A DNA stretch of 64,000 nucleotides from Desulfobacterales bacterium (lineage in GTDB: Bacteria > Desulfobacterota > Desulfobacteria > Desulfobacterales > UBA2174), in assembly GCA_963668645.2 (NCBI GenBank), contig CAXXWC010000022.1, positions 32,001-96,000 of the forward strand. The letters run 5' to 3'. How positions within the stretch are numbered: the first letter of the stretch is position 1; every line of letters begins with the position of its first letter. The notes under the pieces were generated by a model. It did no database searches, was not told where the DNA came from, and was given only the letters and a program-made list of their open reading frames with translations. A program made the translations under genes and the position numbers. This document shows positions 38,379 through 48,441 of the stretch, in pieces.

Positions 38379-39431
38379 TTAAACCACCCTGATCCGCTCT
38401 GCGGGACCGGAGGTCACCTCGCCGATGGCGGCCGCAGCGGCAATCCCCGCGCCGTGCAGGGCCGCGACCAGCTCGCTGGCCTGACCGCCGGCCACGCTGA
38501 TCAGCAGCCCTCCCGAGGTCTGGGGATCGAAAAGCACGTCCTGCATGATGGCGTCGATCCCGGCGCCAAAATCGACCATGGCCTGGCGAAACGTCCGGTT
38601 GCGGTGGGCTCCGGCCGGAACCAGGCCCATGGCGGCGAAATCGAGGGTTTCGGCGATCAGCGGCACCCGGGCGGCACTGATGCTCGCCGCGCATCCGGAA
38701 CCGCTGACCATCTCGGCCAGGTGCCCCAACAAACCGAATCCGGTCACGTCCGTGCAGGCCGAGACATCGAAGCCGGCCATGGTTTCGGCCGCCGTACGGT
38801 TCAGGGCCGCCATCTGCTCGGTGACGGCCGCCGCCGCGGCCGCCGAGGCCAGGCCCCCCTTGATGGCCGTGTTGATGATCCCGGTGCCCAGGGGCTTGGT
38901 CAGCACCAGATGATCGCCGGGCCGCAGGTTCTTTTTGGCCAGCACCCGGTCCGGGTGGATGTAGCCGGTGACCGCAAGCCCGTACTTGAGTTCCGTGTCC
39001 TCGACGCTGTGGCCACCGATCAACACCACCCCGGCTTCACGCATCACGGCGATTCCGCCCTCCAGAATGCGCCGCAGCACGGAAAAATCCATGGTTTTGG
39101 CCGGAAATGCCACCAGATTCATCGCCGTCTTGGGCACGCCGCCCATGGCGTAAACGTCGCTCAGGGCGTTGGCCGCGGCGATGCGCCCGAAATCGTAAGG
39201 ATCGTCGACGATGGGGGTAAAAAAATCCACCGTCTGGATCAGGGCCAGTTCGTCGTTGACCCGATATACCCCGGCGTCATCGGCCCGCTCTAATCCGATA
39301 AGAACGTTCTCGTCGGAAGGAAAGACGAGTCCGCAAAGCGCCCGGTCCAGGTCCCCCGGACCCAATTTAGACGCTCAACCGGCTCCGGCCACGGTAGTGG
39401 TCAGCCGGGGGTGTAATTTGTCATCGGTCAT
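38379..39431 (-). CDS. selD: Selenophosphate synthetase containing selenocysteine
   Basis: MTDDKLHPRLTTTVAGAG-U-ASKLGP with TGA at 39375-39377; DDAGV, TVDFFTP, NALSDVYAMGG, GGHS, DVTGFGL, DPQTSGGLL. Confidence 0.95.
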
Positions 39432-39503
39432 CAATCTTCCCCATTGAAATCGAATATCACAAGGCCACGAACGGTTGATAAAGAACGGATCGACTTTCGT
39501 CGA

Positions 39504-39743
39504 TCAGCTCTTTTGGGCGCCCTCGAAGGGGCAGATCATCTCGTCGGCCCCGAACACGTGCAACTGCCCGCAGTAAGGGCAGGGCTCGTCGAGGGCCAGA
39601 CGGGCATCCAGGCGCTTTTTCCCGTCGGACTCGGTGACGACACCCTTGTTTTCGACGATCCGGAAGGCGGCGGTCTCAAAAATCCGCCCCGTGGCAGGGC
39701 AGCTGAAAATGAAATCCATCCATTTCTCCTTTAGCGAGTCCAT
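39504..39743 (-). CDS. Small Cys-rich hypothetical protein
   Basis: CP...CPYCGQLH...CPF; start 39743 or 39722. Confidence 0.6.
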   Translation of the reverse strand: MDSLKEKWMDFIFSCPATGRIFETAAFRIVENKGVVTESDGKKRLDARLALDEPCPYCGQLHVFGADEMICPFEGAQKS

Positions 39744-40117
39744 TTCAGGTAAGACCAGCCACTGACTCTGTCCAGTCGATTATTTCAATCCATCCGTTTT
39801 TTCCCATCGATCTAATCGATTTGACAAGCAACACTTTTCACCATTAAGGGAGTATCGTTTTCAGTGAATTCTTCCGCTTTTCTCACAAGGTAGACATTCT
39901 CATGTTTTTTTGGCGCCTCGGATTTACCTGAGTTCGATCCTTCCGCTGCCCGGGTTGGCATGCATGGGAGAAGGACCGCGGCGCCGTTTAGCAAACCTAT
40001 CCTCCAGGTTTCGACATTCCGGCTTTTCAGAGGTTCTTCTCCCCGGCGGACAGAGATGACCGGGTTCCGTTGCGCCCTGGCAGCGGAGCCGTTTAATCGC
40101 AGGCCAAAGGAGAGCCA

Positions 40118-41449
40118 ATGGATACCCCTATTCGCGTTTCGACCACCGCATCTTCCACCTTTTTAGACGCCGTGCGCAATTTGTTGCCCGACGGCGGCAA
40201 CCTCAACCTTTGCCTGACCTGCGGGGCCTGCGCCTCGGGGTGCCCGGCCACCGGCCTGGAGGGCATGGATCCGCGCAAGTTCCTGCGCATGGCAGCCCTG
40301 GGTATGGACGAAGAGATCGCCGGTCACCCCTGGGTATGGCTCTGCTCCCAGTGCCAGCGTTGCGTTTACGTCTGCCCCATGGCCATCAATATCCCGGCCC
40401 TGGTTTACGAAGCGCGCAAGCTCTGGCCCCGGGAAACCCGGCCCAAAGGGATCCTCGGTTCCTGCGACATGGCTCTGCGCAACGAGAGCTGTTCGGCCAT
40501 GGGGACCCCGGAGGAAGATTTTATCTTCGTGGTCGAGGACGTCTCCGAAGAGGTGCGCGCCAACCAGCCCGGCTGGGAAAATCTGCAAGCGCCCATGGAC
40601 AAGCAGGGGGCCGAGTTCTTCCTGAGCCAGAACTCCCGTGAGCCGGTGACCGAGCCCGAAGAGATGATCCCCCTGTGGAAGATCCTGCACCTGGTCGGTG
40701 CCGACTGGACTTACGGCAGCACGGCCTGGGGCGGAGAGAACTACTGCATGTTTCTGGCCGACGACAAAGACTGGAAAACCATCACGGAAAAAACGGTGCG
40801 CAAGGCCGAGTCGCTCGGCTGCAAGGTCTATCTGAACACCGAGTGCGGCCATTCGACCTACTCGGTCTGGATGGGGGTCCAGAAACACGGCATCGCCACC
40901 GACCTTGAGATCGCGCCCATCGTTCCCTACTACGCGCGCTGGATCCGCGAGGGCAAGATCAAGCCGAGCAGCGCCTGGAACGCCGAACGCAAGATCCGTT
41001 TTACCGTCCAGGATCCCTGCCAGCAGGTACGCAAGAGCTTCGGCGATCCGTTGGCCGAGGACCTGCGCTTCGTGGTCAAGACCTGCGTGGGGGAGGAAAA
41101 CTTCGTCGACATGACCCCCAACCGCTCCAACAACTTCTGCTGTGGCGGGGGGGGCGGCTACCTGCAGTCGGGCTTTACTGAAGCCCGCCACGCTTACGGA
41201 AGAATCAAGTTCGATCAGATAATGGCCACCGGCGCCCAGTATGCCGTCACCCCGTGTCACAACTGCCACGCCCAGATCCACGACCTGGGCGAGCATTTCA
41301 AGGGCGGCTACCACGTCATCCATCTGTGGACCCTCATCGCCCTGTCGCTGGGGGTCCTGGGTGAAGAGGAGCGGGCCTACCTCGGTCCGGACCTGGCCGA
41401 AGTCTGGCTGCCCGGCGAGGAGGGAACCCCCGATCCGTTTGCCGCCTGA
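40118..41449 (+). CDS. HdrD-like Fe-S oxidoreductase (ferredoxin motifs plus CCG domain)
   Basis: Two CxxCxxCxxxCP motifs, ECGH, QDPC, CCGGGGG, PCHNC. Confidence 0.88.
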   Translation: MDTPIRVSTTASSTFLDAVRNLLPDGGNLNLCLTCGACASGCPATGLEGMDPRKFLRMAALGMDEEIAGHPWVWLCSQCQRCVYVCPMAINIPALVYEARKLWPRETRPKGILGSCDMALRNESCSAMGTPEEDFIFVVEDVSEEVRANQPGWENLQAPMDKQGAEFFLSQNSREPVTEPEEMIPLWKILHLVGADWTYGSTAWGGENYCMFLADDKDWKTITEKTVRKAESLGCKVYLNTECGHSTYSVWMGVQKHGIATDLEIAPIVPYYARWIREGKIKPSSAWNAERKIRFTVQDPCQQVRKSFGDPLAEDLRFVVKTCVGEENFVDMTPNRSNNFCCGGGGGYLQSGFTEARHAYGRIKFDQIMATGAQYAVTPCHNCHAQIHDLGEHFKGGYHVIHLWTLIALSLGVLGEEERAYLGPDLAEVWLPGEEGTPDPFAA

Positions 41450-41637
41450 AGGCGTAAACCCTTTCCGTACAGTGCGGGACTTATCACCACCCGCCAAAGG
41501 AGGCATTGCGATGAAGGCTTGGGGGAGCCCCATCGCATGACCTCCTGTTGCAGATGCTGAACCTGCACCGTTATCTGGCCGGATCGATGCACCTCGACGA
41601 TTCGGCCAATTCCATGGAGGATTAAGAGGATCGCCTC

Positions 41638-42135
41638 ATGATGCACCTGATCCACATCGATCCGCGGCTGGACAACCATATCGAAGACCTGCGCCGGGCC
41701 GGAAAAAAGGGCCGGATCGCCGCCGAACACGCCGAACAAGTCATTTCGGCCATGCAGCATGGCGGCCCCGCAGCAGCCCGGCACCTGCCCCAGACCCACA
41801 AGGGGGAGCTGCGCCTGGACGGCTGCATCAAGTACGACCTGGGCGGTGGCTACCGCATGCTGACCGTCAAACAGGGCAAAGAGCGCTTCATCCTCTTTGC
41901 CGGAAGCCATGACGACTGCGACCGCTGGATCGAGAACAACCGGGAACTGGCCTTCGATTTAATCCGCGAGCGCTGCCGGCACCATCGGGTCATGGTAAAT
42001 CCCGAATCCGAATCGGATCCGACAATCCCACAAAACATCGACACGCCGGAAGGCTTGAATCCTACAGACCTCTGCCCCGAACTGGATCAGAAGGTGTTGC
42101 GCCTCGTATTCGCCGGACTGTGCGGGACGGATTGA
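41638..42135 (+). CDS. Hypothetical protein, possible RelE-like fold
   Basis: KYDLGGGYRM...LFAGSHDDCDRW. Confidence 0.5.
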   Translation: MMHLIHIDPRLDNHIEDLRRAGKKGRIAAEHAEQVISAMQHGGPAAARHLPQTHKGELRLDGCIKYDLGGGYRMLTVKQGKERFILFAGSHDDCDRWIENNRELAFDLIRERCRHHRVMVNPESESDPTIPQNIDTPEGLNPTDLCPELDQKVLRLVFAGLCGTD

Positions 42136-42261
42136 TCCTTTCAATGAAGCCCGCCCAATTGATCCAAATTATCGTTTTGCCTTTGTTCTTGATGGCCGGT
42201 TAAGAGATATGTCTCACTTGTCCGTCTTGCCGTAAAGGGACCGACACCTTTCAGGGAGGAA

Positions 42262-43356
42262 ATGAAGATGGGGAAAAACTGGTTTGCCACCCGTTGGGGC
42301 ATCATCGGGGTCGGGGCGTTTATCGGAGTAGTGGCCGCCCTGCTGCAGAAAATGGGCAACCCCGGCAACATGGGCATCTGCGTGGCCTGTTTCGAGCGGG
42401 ATATCGCCGGGGCCATCGGGCTGCATCGGGCCGCGGTGGTTCAGTATATCCGACCCGAAATCATCGGCTTCGTGCTCGGCTCGCTGATCGCGGCTTACAT
42501 GTTCAAAGAATACCGGCCCAGGGCCGGCTCGGCCCCCATCGTGCGCTTTATCCTGGGCGTCTTCGCCATGATCGGCGCCCTGGTTTTTCTCGGCTGTCCC
42601 TGGCGTGCCGTGCTGCGCCTGGCCGGCGGCGACGGCAACGCCATTCTCGGACTGGCCGGGCTGGTCTGCGGCATCTGGATCGGCACCCTGTTTTTGAAAG
42701 GCGGCTACAACCTGGGACGCGCTCAGAAAACGTACCCTTCCGTGGGCTGGCTCCTGCCGCTGGCCCTGTTGGGCTTTCTGGTGTTGATGTTCATCTATCC
42801 CCAGGTTTCCGGCCAACCCCAAAGCGGGGTGTTGTTTTACAGCCAGAAAGGACCCGGGGCCATGCATGCCCCGCTGCTGATCTCCCTGATCGTGGGGCTG
42901 GTCATCGGATTTCTGGCCCAGCGCAGCCGTTTTTGCACCATGGGGGCACTGCGGGACCTGATCCTTTTCGGCCAGACCCACCTTCTGGGCGGGTTTCTGG
43001 CCCTGCTGATCTTCGCCTGCATCACCAACATCATCGTCGGCCAGTTCCATCCCGGGTTTGAAGGTCAACCGGTGGCCCACACCCTGCACGTCTGGAACTT
43101 CGCCGGCATGGTGCTCGCCGGCCTGGCCTTTGCCCTGGCCGGCGGATGTCCCGGCCGCCAGCTTTTTCTCTCCGGCGAAGGCGACGGGGATGCGGCCGTT
43201 TTCGTCCTCGGCATGATCGTCGGCGCCGCTTTTTCCCACAACTTCGGCCTGGCCAGTTCCCCCAAGGGGCTCGGGCCTCACGGCGTGGCGGCGGTGATCG
43301 TGGGCCTGGCGGTCTGCTTTTTCATCGGCCTGAGCATGCGGCAAAGGGCCAACTGA
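42262..43356 (+). CDS. yedE: YedE/YeeE-family putative selenium/sulfur transporter
   Basis: GNPGNMGICVACFERD, LGCP, QRSRFC, GGCPGRQ. Confidence 0.92.
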   Translation: MKMGKNWFATRWGIIGVGAFIGVVAALLQKMGNPGNMGICVACFERDIAGAIGLHRAAVVQYIRPEIIGFVLGSLIAAYMFKEYRPRAGSAPIVRFILGVFAMIGALVFLGCPWRAVLRLAGGDGNAILGLAGLVCGIWIGTLFLKGGYNLGRAQKTYPSVGWLLPLALLGFLVLMFIYPQVSGQPQSGVLFYSQKGPGAMHAPLLISLIVGLVIGFLAQRSRFCTMGALRDLILFGQTHLLGGFLALLIFACITNIIVGQFHPGFEGQPVAHTLHVWNFAGMVLAGLAFALAGGCPGRQLFLSGEGDGDAAVFVLGMIVGAAFSHNFGLASSPKGLGPHGVAAVIVGLAVCFFIGLSMRQRAN

Positions 43357-43408
43357 CTCTGCAGAGCGATAACATCACAACGTATTGAACCGGCATCGAG
43401 GGGGAAAA

Positions 43409-44317
43409 ATGATCGAAAAGCTGCGGATGCAACACGTATCGACGTCACCGGCACTTTGGCTCGCCCTGGCGGCGGCGATCTGTCTCGTTTTGGCCGCTCC
43501 CGCCAGCGCCCAAGGCGTGCTTGAGAAGATCGAAAAGACCGGCCAGGTCAACATGGGATTTCGCGAAGGTTCGATCCCCTTCGGCTATATCGACGCCAAG
43601 GGCGAGTGGGTCGGCTTCGGCATCGATCTGGGCCAGCAGATCGTCGATGCCTTGAGCGCCCGCTTCGGCAAGCCGATCGAACTGGTCAAGCACCCCATCA
43701 ATCCCAAAACCCGTATCCCCCTGGTAGCCAACGGCACGGTGGATATCGGCATCGGATCGACGACCATTACCCTGGCACGCGAGGAAGTGGTCGATTTCAG
43801 TCTTCCCTATTTTCTCACCGGAACCCGGCTGCTGGTGCCCAAAGAAAGTGCCATCGCCGACTTTCCGGATCTGGCCGGCAAACGGGTGGGCATGGGCAGC
43901 GGCTCCACCGCCAACATCAAAGGCCTGGACAAGGCTATGGCCTCGGGCCTGATCCGCCCGGCCTGCGAAAAAGTCCTGTTTGAAGAGCACAACAAGGGCT
44001 TTCTGGCATTGCAGCAGGGCAAGATCCACGCCTACTTCACCGATGCGAGCATCCTGGCCGGAATGATGGCCAAGGCCCAACACCCCGATGACTGGAAAAT
44101 CGTCGGCAACTACCTCACCTACGAGCCCTACGGCATCATCCTGCCCGAAGGCCAGGGGGAATGGCGCGATTTCGTCAACGCCACCCTCATCCGAACCATC
44201 AAAAGCGGCCGATTCGAGCAACTCTACGACAAATGGTTCGGACCGTCCGGTGAAGTGCCCCTGCCGATGAGCAACGAGTACAAGACCCTGCTCAAGGCCC
44301 TGAGTTATCCGGACTGA
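43409..44317 (+). CDS. Polar amino-acid ABC transporter substrate-binding protein
   Basis: GFREGSIPFGY, TRIPLVANGTVDI..GSTT, DFSLPYF, EPYGI; start uncertain. Confidence 0.9.
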   Translation: MIEKLRMQHVSTSPALWLALAAAICLVLAAPASAQGVLEKIEKTGQVNMGFREGSIPFGYIDAKGEWVGFGIDLGQQIVDALSARFGKPIELVKHPINPKTRIPLVANGTVDIGIGSTTITLAREEVVDFSLPYFLTGTRLLVPKESAIADFPDLAGKRVGMGSGSTANIKGLDKAMASGLIRPACEKVLFEEHNKGFLALQQGKIHAYFTDASILAGMMAKAQHPDDWKIVGNYLTYEPYGIILPEGQGEWRDFVNATLIRTIKSGRFEQLYDKWFGPSGEVPLPMSNEYKTLLKALSYPD

Positions 44318-44415
44318 TCGCGTAGGACGTGTATAGAACGCGTCGCCGATAAAAAGGCTCCCTTGGTGCCGCAGCGTTTTTGCCGCAAGCGCCTCAAGGG
44401 GGCCTTTGGGGCGTT

Positions 44416-45145
44416 ATGGGAATTTTCAATTACACCTTCGATTGGAGCGTACTGTGGCGTCCCCCGTATGGTGGGATGCTCGTCAAGGGGATCGCCACCA
44501 CCCTTCACCTGTCGCTGCTGGCCTGGCTCATCGCCCTGGCCCTGGGCCTGACGGTCGGCATCGGCCGTGTCCTGCCCTCGGGCCTGGCCCGCCTGGCCGG
44601 AGCGGCCTATGTACAGGTTTTTCGCAACACCCCGTTTTTGGTCCAGCTCTTTTTCTGGTATTTCGCCGCCCCCCCTGCTGCTTCCCAAACCGGCCCAGGA
44701 GTGGCTTTACGCCAGCGTGCCCGATTACGCCTACTGGGCCGGGGTCCTGGCCCTGGGCACCTACACCGCCTCGCGGGTCGCCGAACAGCTGCGATCCGGC
44801 CTGCTGTCGATTCCCCGCGACCAGTACCAGGCGGCCTACGCCAGCGGCCTGACCACTTTTCAGGTTTACCGGTACGTGATCGGGCCTTACGCCCTGCGCA
44901 TCGTGCTGCCGCCGTTGACCACCGAGTTTCTGACCTGTTTCAAGAATTCGGCCCTGGCCATGACCATCGGGGTGATGGAGGTCACCCACACCGCCTATTA
45001 CATCGACTCGTTTACCTGGCACGGGCTGGAAACCACCACCGCTGCCAGTGCGGTCTACCTGTGCATCGCCCTTTGCATCATCGGATTTATGTCCCTTGCC
45101 GAGAAAAGACTGCGCATCGTCGGCATGATCGCCAGGGAGCGATAA
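44416..45145 (+). pseudogene. Amino-acid ABC permease with a frameshift in a C7 run
   Basis: FRNTPFLVQLFFWYF in one frame and AE.LRSG..SIP.DQ in the next; removing one C from 44669-44675 restores the frame. Confidence 0.85.
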
Positions 45146-45148
45146 TCC

Positions 45149-45808
45149 ATGGACACGGGGGTCATCACCAGAAACTTCGGTTTCATGATGGGAGGGCTGG
45201 GGCTGACCTTTCAACTTGCGGCCTTGACCATCGTCGGTGGCCTGCTCCTCGGCATCGTGCTGGCTTCGGCCCGGCTCAGCCACCGGCCCTGGCTCTACTG
45301 GCCGGCGACGGTCTACGTCCATTTTTTCCGGGGGCTGCCGCTGATCCTGGTGATCTTCTGGCTCTACTTTCTCTTTCCAGTCATCACCGGCAGGCCGGTG
45401 AACGCCTTTAACGCCGCCATCGTTTCCTTTATCGTCTTCGAGGCGGCGTATTTTGCCGAAATCGTCCGGGCCGGGATCCAGTCCATCCCCGAAGGCCAGA
45501 CCATGGCGGCCCTCTCCAGCGGGTTGACCGGCTACCAGGCGGCCCGCTACGTGATCCTGCCCCAGGCCCTGCGCAATATGGTCCCGGCCCTGGTCACCCA
45601 GTCGGTGGTGATCTTCCAGGACACATCCCTGGGGTATGTGATCGGTCTGAGGGAATTTTTACGGCGCGTCAACCTGGTGGACGCTCGCGAGGCGCGATCC
45701 GTGGAACTCTATCTTTTCGCCGGGCTGGTCTATTTTCTGATCTGCTCGGCCGGTTCGCTGGCCAGTCAACGGCTCGAAAAGGACCGCCAGCGGATGCGGC
45801 TGGCCTGA
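45149..45808 (+). CDS. Amino-acid ABC permease
   Basis: FRGLPL, AEIVRAGIQSIP.GQ, ILPQA, QDTSL. Confidence 0.92.
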   Translation: MDTGVITRNFGFMMGGLGLTFQLAALTIVGGLLLGIVLASARLSHRPWLYWPATVYVHFFRGLPLILVIFWLYFLFPVITGRPVNAFNAAIVSFIVFEAAYFAEIVRAGIQSIPEGQTMAALSSGLTGYQAARYVILPQALRNMVPALVTQSVVIFQDTSLGYVIGLREFLRRVNLVDAREARSVELYLFAGLVYFLICSAGSLASQRLEKDRQRMRLA

Positions 45809-45853
45809 TCGGCGTTCGAGGTGTCAAGCCTTGATGGCAGGAAAGAAGGGAAA

Positions 45854-46687
45854 ATGAAAGCTGCCGTTCAGATTTCCATCCTGTGCGAAGACCAGGCCAG
45901 GATGGGCTTTAAGGACAAGATCTTTCTGGCCCAGCACGGTTTCAGTGCCTTTGTCGAGGCCGGTGCTAAAATCCTTTTCGATACCGGCGCGACGGATGTT
46001 TTTCTGCACAATGCCAAGCTGCTGGGAATCGATCCGGCCGCGGCCGATCTGGTGGTCTTGAGCCACGGGCACTGGGACCACTCGGACGGACTCAAGGCGC
46101 TGGCCGGCCGAACGGACAAAAAACTCCGGTTGCTGCTTCACCCCGGGGTCTTTGCCGATCGCCACAAGGCCAGCGGAGAGTACAATGGCGTCGGTTTTAC
46201 CCGGCAGCAGATCGCCCAAAACTTCGAACTGGTCGAATCCGAAGCGTCCTGCGAGGTGGCCCCGGACGTCTTTTTTCTCGGTGAGATCCCACGGATCAAC
46301 GACTTCGAGGCTCGCCGGACACCTTTTTTCCAGGTCACCGGAGACCGGCAGGTGCCGGACTTTATCCTGGACGACAGCGCCCTGGCCATCCGCACGGCCC
46401 GCGGCCTGGTGATCGTCTCGGGCTGTTCCCACGCCGGTATCTGCAACATCGTCCAGCAGGCCCGTACGGTCACCGGCGAAGACCGACTGCACGCCGTGCT
46501 GGGCGGCTTTCACCTGCTGGAAAACCCGGAGCAACTGGAGCGGACCGTTGCGTTTTTCGAAACCAACCGGGTCGAGCACCTCTATCCCATGCATTGCACC
46601 GATCTGACGGCGCTGTCACGGTTCCACCAGCAATTCAAAATTCGCAAGCTCTGCGCCGGAGACCGGATTACTCTCGGCAACGCCTAA
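45854..46687 (+). CDS. MBL-fold metallohydrolase
   Basis: HGFS, LFDTG, SHGHWDH, GCSHAG, GGFHL, HCT. Confidence 0.9.
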   Translation: MKAAVQISILCEDQARMGFKDKIFLAQHGFSAFVEAGAKILFDTGATDVFLHNAKLLGIDPAAADLVVLSHGHWDHSDGLKALAGRTDKKLRLLLHPGVFADRHKASGEYNGVGFTRQQIAQNFELVESEASCEVAPDVFFLGEIPRINDFEARRTPFFQVTGDRQVPDFILDDSALAIRTARGLVIVSGCSHAGICNIVQQARTVTGEDRLHAVLGGFHLLENPEQLERTVAFFETNRVEHLYPMHCTDLTALSRFHQQFKIRKLCAGDRITLGNA

Positions 46688-46730
46688 GTTGCCAAACATG
46701 GATTTTTCAAAAAGCCAAAGGAGGTGTACC

Positions 46731-46949
46731 ATGGCGAAACTTGTCGATGCCCGGGGGCTTTCCTGCCCCCAGCCGGTGCTGCTGACCCTCGGTGAAATCA
46801 AAAGCGGTTCGGACAGCGAACTCGTCGTGCTGGTCGATACCGACACGTCCAAGGAGAACGTGAGCCGCGCCGCCGCCAGCCAGGGCTGGGCCGTTGAGGA
46901 CGTCCAGCCCGAAGGCGAAGGTTACAAGATCAGCCTTCGGAAAGGGTAG
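46731..46949 (+). CDS. TusA-family sulfur carrier
   Basis: VDARGLSCPQP; GGAGG RBS. Confidence 0.9.
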   Translation: MAKLVDARGLSCPQPVLLTLGEIKSGSDSELVVLVDTDTSKENVSRAAASQGWAVEDVQPEGEGYKISLRKG

Positions 46950-46951
46950 CC

Positions 46952-47524
46952 GTGGGCTGGCTTTCCTTTCTCAAAAAAAAGGCGCCGGACCCGGCGGGCC
47001 GCACCGCCGGGCCGGACCGGCGCGGGGTCGACCGCGGCATTCTGATTTTCGAAAACACCAGCGAGGTGATCCGGGCCGAGAACTGTCTCAAGGCGGCCGG
47101 CTGGCCGGTGCGCGTGATGGGCCCTCCGCCGGAGATCCAGCGCGGCTGCGACCTGGTGATCGAGTTTCCCCTCATCGAGCGGCTCGAAATCATGCGGCTG
47201 CTCAATGCGAACGGAGCACCGCCCCTGGAGATGGTGCCGGTGACCGGGCCCCTGCTGCAACCGGTGGACCTGTTCCAGACCGTCGATTACGGGGCCTGGC
47301 TGATGGTGCGGGCCGCCAACATGAAAATCTGCATCGAAAAGGCGTCTCAAACCATCGTCAACATTTCGGGTGGCGGATGTCCGGACGTGCCCTACCTGGC
47401 GCAGGAGATGGTGGGAAAATCGCTTGCCGAGGCCCCGCGGCCGCGCGATATCGGCCACACCCTCTGCGGGTACGCCCTGGAGCTGGCCTACGAGGAGATC
47501 TGCCGCCAATGCTCTGCGTCGTAG
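46952..47524 (+). CDS. DUF3343-domain protein
   Basis: FENTSEVIRAE...PP.I..GC; C-terminal SGGGCPD and TLCG. Confidence 0.75.
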   Translation: MGWLSFLKKKAPDPAGRTAGPDRRGVDRGILIFENTSEVIRAENCLKAAGWPVRVMGPPPEIQRGCDLVIEFPLIERLEIMRLLNANGAPPLEMVPVTGPLLQPVDLFQTVDYGAWLMVRAANMKICIEKASQTIVNISGGGCPDVPYLAQEMVGKSLAEAPRPRDIGHTLCGYALELAYEEICRQCSAS

Positions 47525-48387
47525 GCACGGTTCCCGATTCGACCTTTCCGCTGACCACCGGGCCGATGCACCTGGAAAACGGCCGGCTGGTGATCGGCGG
47601 CAAAACCGTTGCCATCCATCGCGGCACGCCTGCCCTGCTGGGGGCCGTCCTGGCGGCCGGCGCGGTCCTTTCCCTGCCTCCGGTGCAGGCCTGGCTGGCG
47701 GGCGACATCGGCCGTGGCGAGGGCAGCCGGCGGCTTTATGCCCACATGGAAGCCGAACTGGCCCGCCATCCCTGGACGGTTGTGGCCTTCCACTATCTGC
47801 AGCCGGACGTGGACTGGCACAACCGGGTCCTGTTCGCCGTGGGCAAAATCCGGCCGCGGCCGGTGCTGATCGCCGACGCCGGCTTCATGTACGCGGCCAA
47901 GATGAGCAGCCAGGCCCCGGAATACGACCTGTTCACCCCGGATGTGGGGGAACTGGCCTTTCTGGCCGACGAGCAGGCCCCCCACCCTTTTTATACCCGC
48001 GGCTTTATCCTGCACCAGGAGGACCGGGTGCCAGAACTGATCAAGCAAGCCTACCGCCATGCCGATGCGGCCCGCTGGCTTCTGGTCAAGGGCCGCACGG
48101 ACTACCTGGCCGATGCCGGGGGAATTCACGCCACGGTGAACACCCCGGCCTGCGCGGCCATGGAGGCCATGGGCGGCACCGGTGACACCCTGGTGGGGCT
48201 GGCGGCGGCCCTGACGGCTTCCGGGATGCCGGTGGCGCAGGCCGCCGTTCTTGCAGCCCGGGTCAACCGTCTGGCCGGAAAGCTGGCGGCCCCCGATCCG
48301 GCCACCCAGATCGCAGCCATTGTGGAAAAGATCCCGGAGGCCCTGAAACGATTGATCCAGGCTCCCGGCGCAACACACCCGGCATAA
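47509..48387 (+). CDS. Ribokinase-fold / NAD(P)HX-dehydratase-like protein
   Basis: IADAG, TPD.GEL, LVKG..D, GGTGDTL. Confidence 0.8.
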   Translation: MLCVVGTVPDSTFPLTTGPMHLENGRLVIGGKTVAIHRGTPALLGAVLAAGAVLSLPPVQAWLAGDIGRGEGSRRLYAHMEAELARHPWTVVAFHYLQPDVDWHNRVLFAVGKIRPRPVLIADAGFMYAAKMSSQAPEYDLFTPDVGELAFLADEQAPHPFYTRGFILHQEDRVPELIKQAYRHADAARWLLVKGRTDYLADAGGIHATVNTPACAAMEAMGGTGDTLVGLAAALTASGMPVAQAAVLAARVNRLAGKLAAPDPATQIAAIVEKIPEALKRLIQAPGATHPA

Positions 48388-48441
48388 GCGCTTTTTCATC
48401 ATTCACGCCAATCGCTCCAATCGACACACGAGGAGAAATTC

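Noticed and set aside
39941..40088. tRNA-Sec or a known riboswitch
   Set aside because: No cloverleaf or UCA anticodon, and no Moco or c-di-GMP consensus recognised; retained only as an unassigned structure
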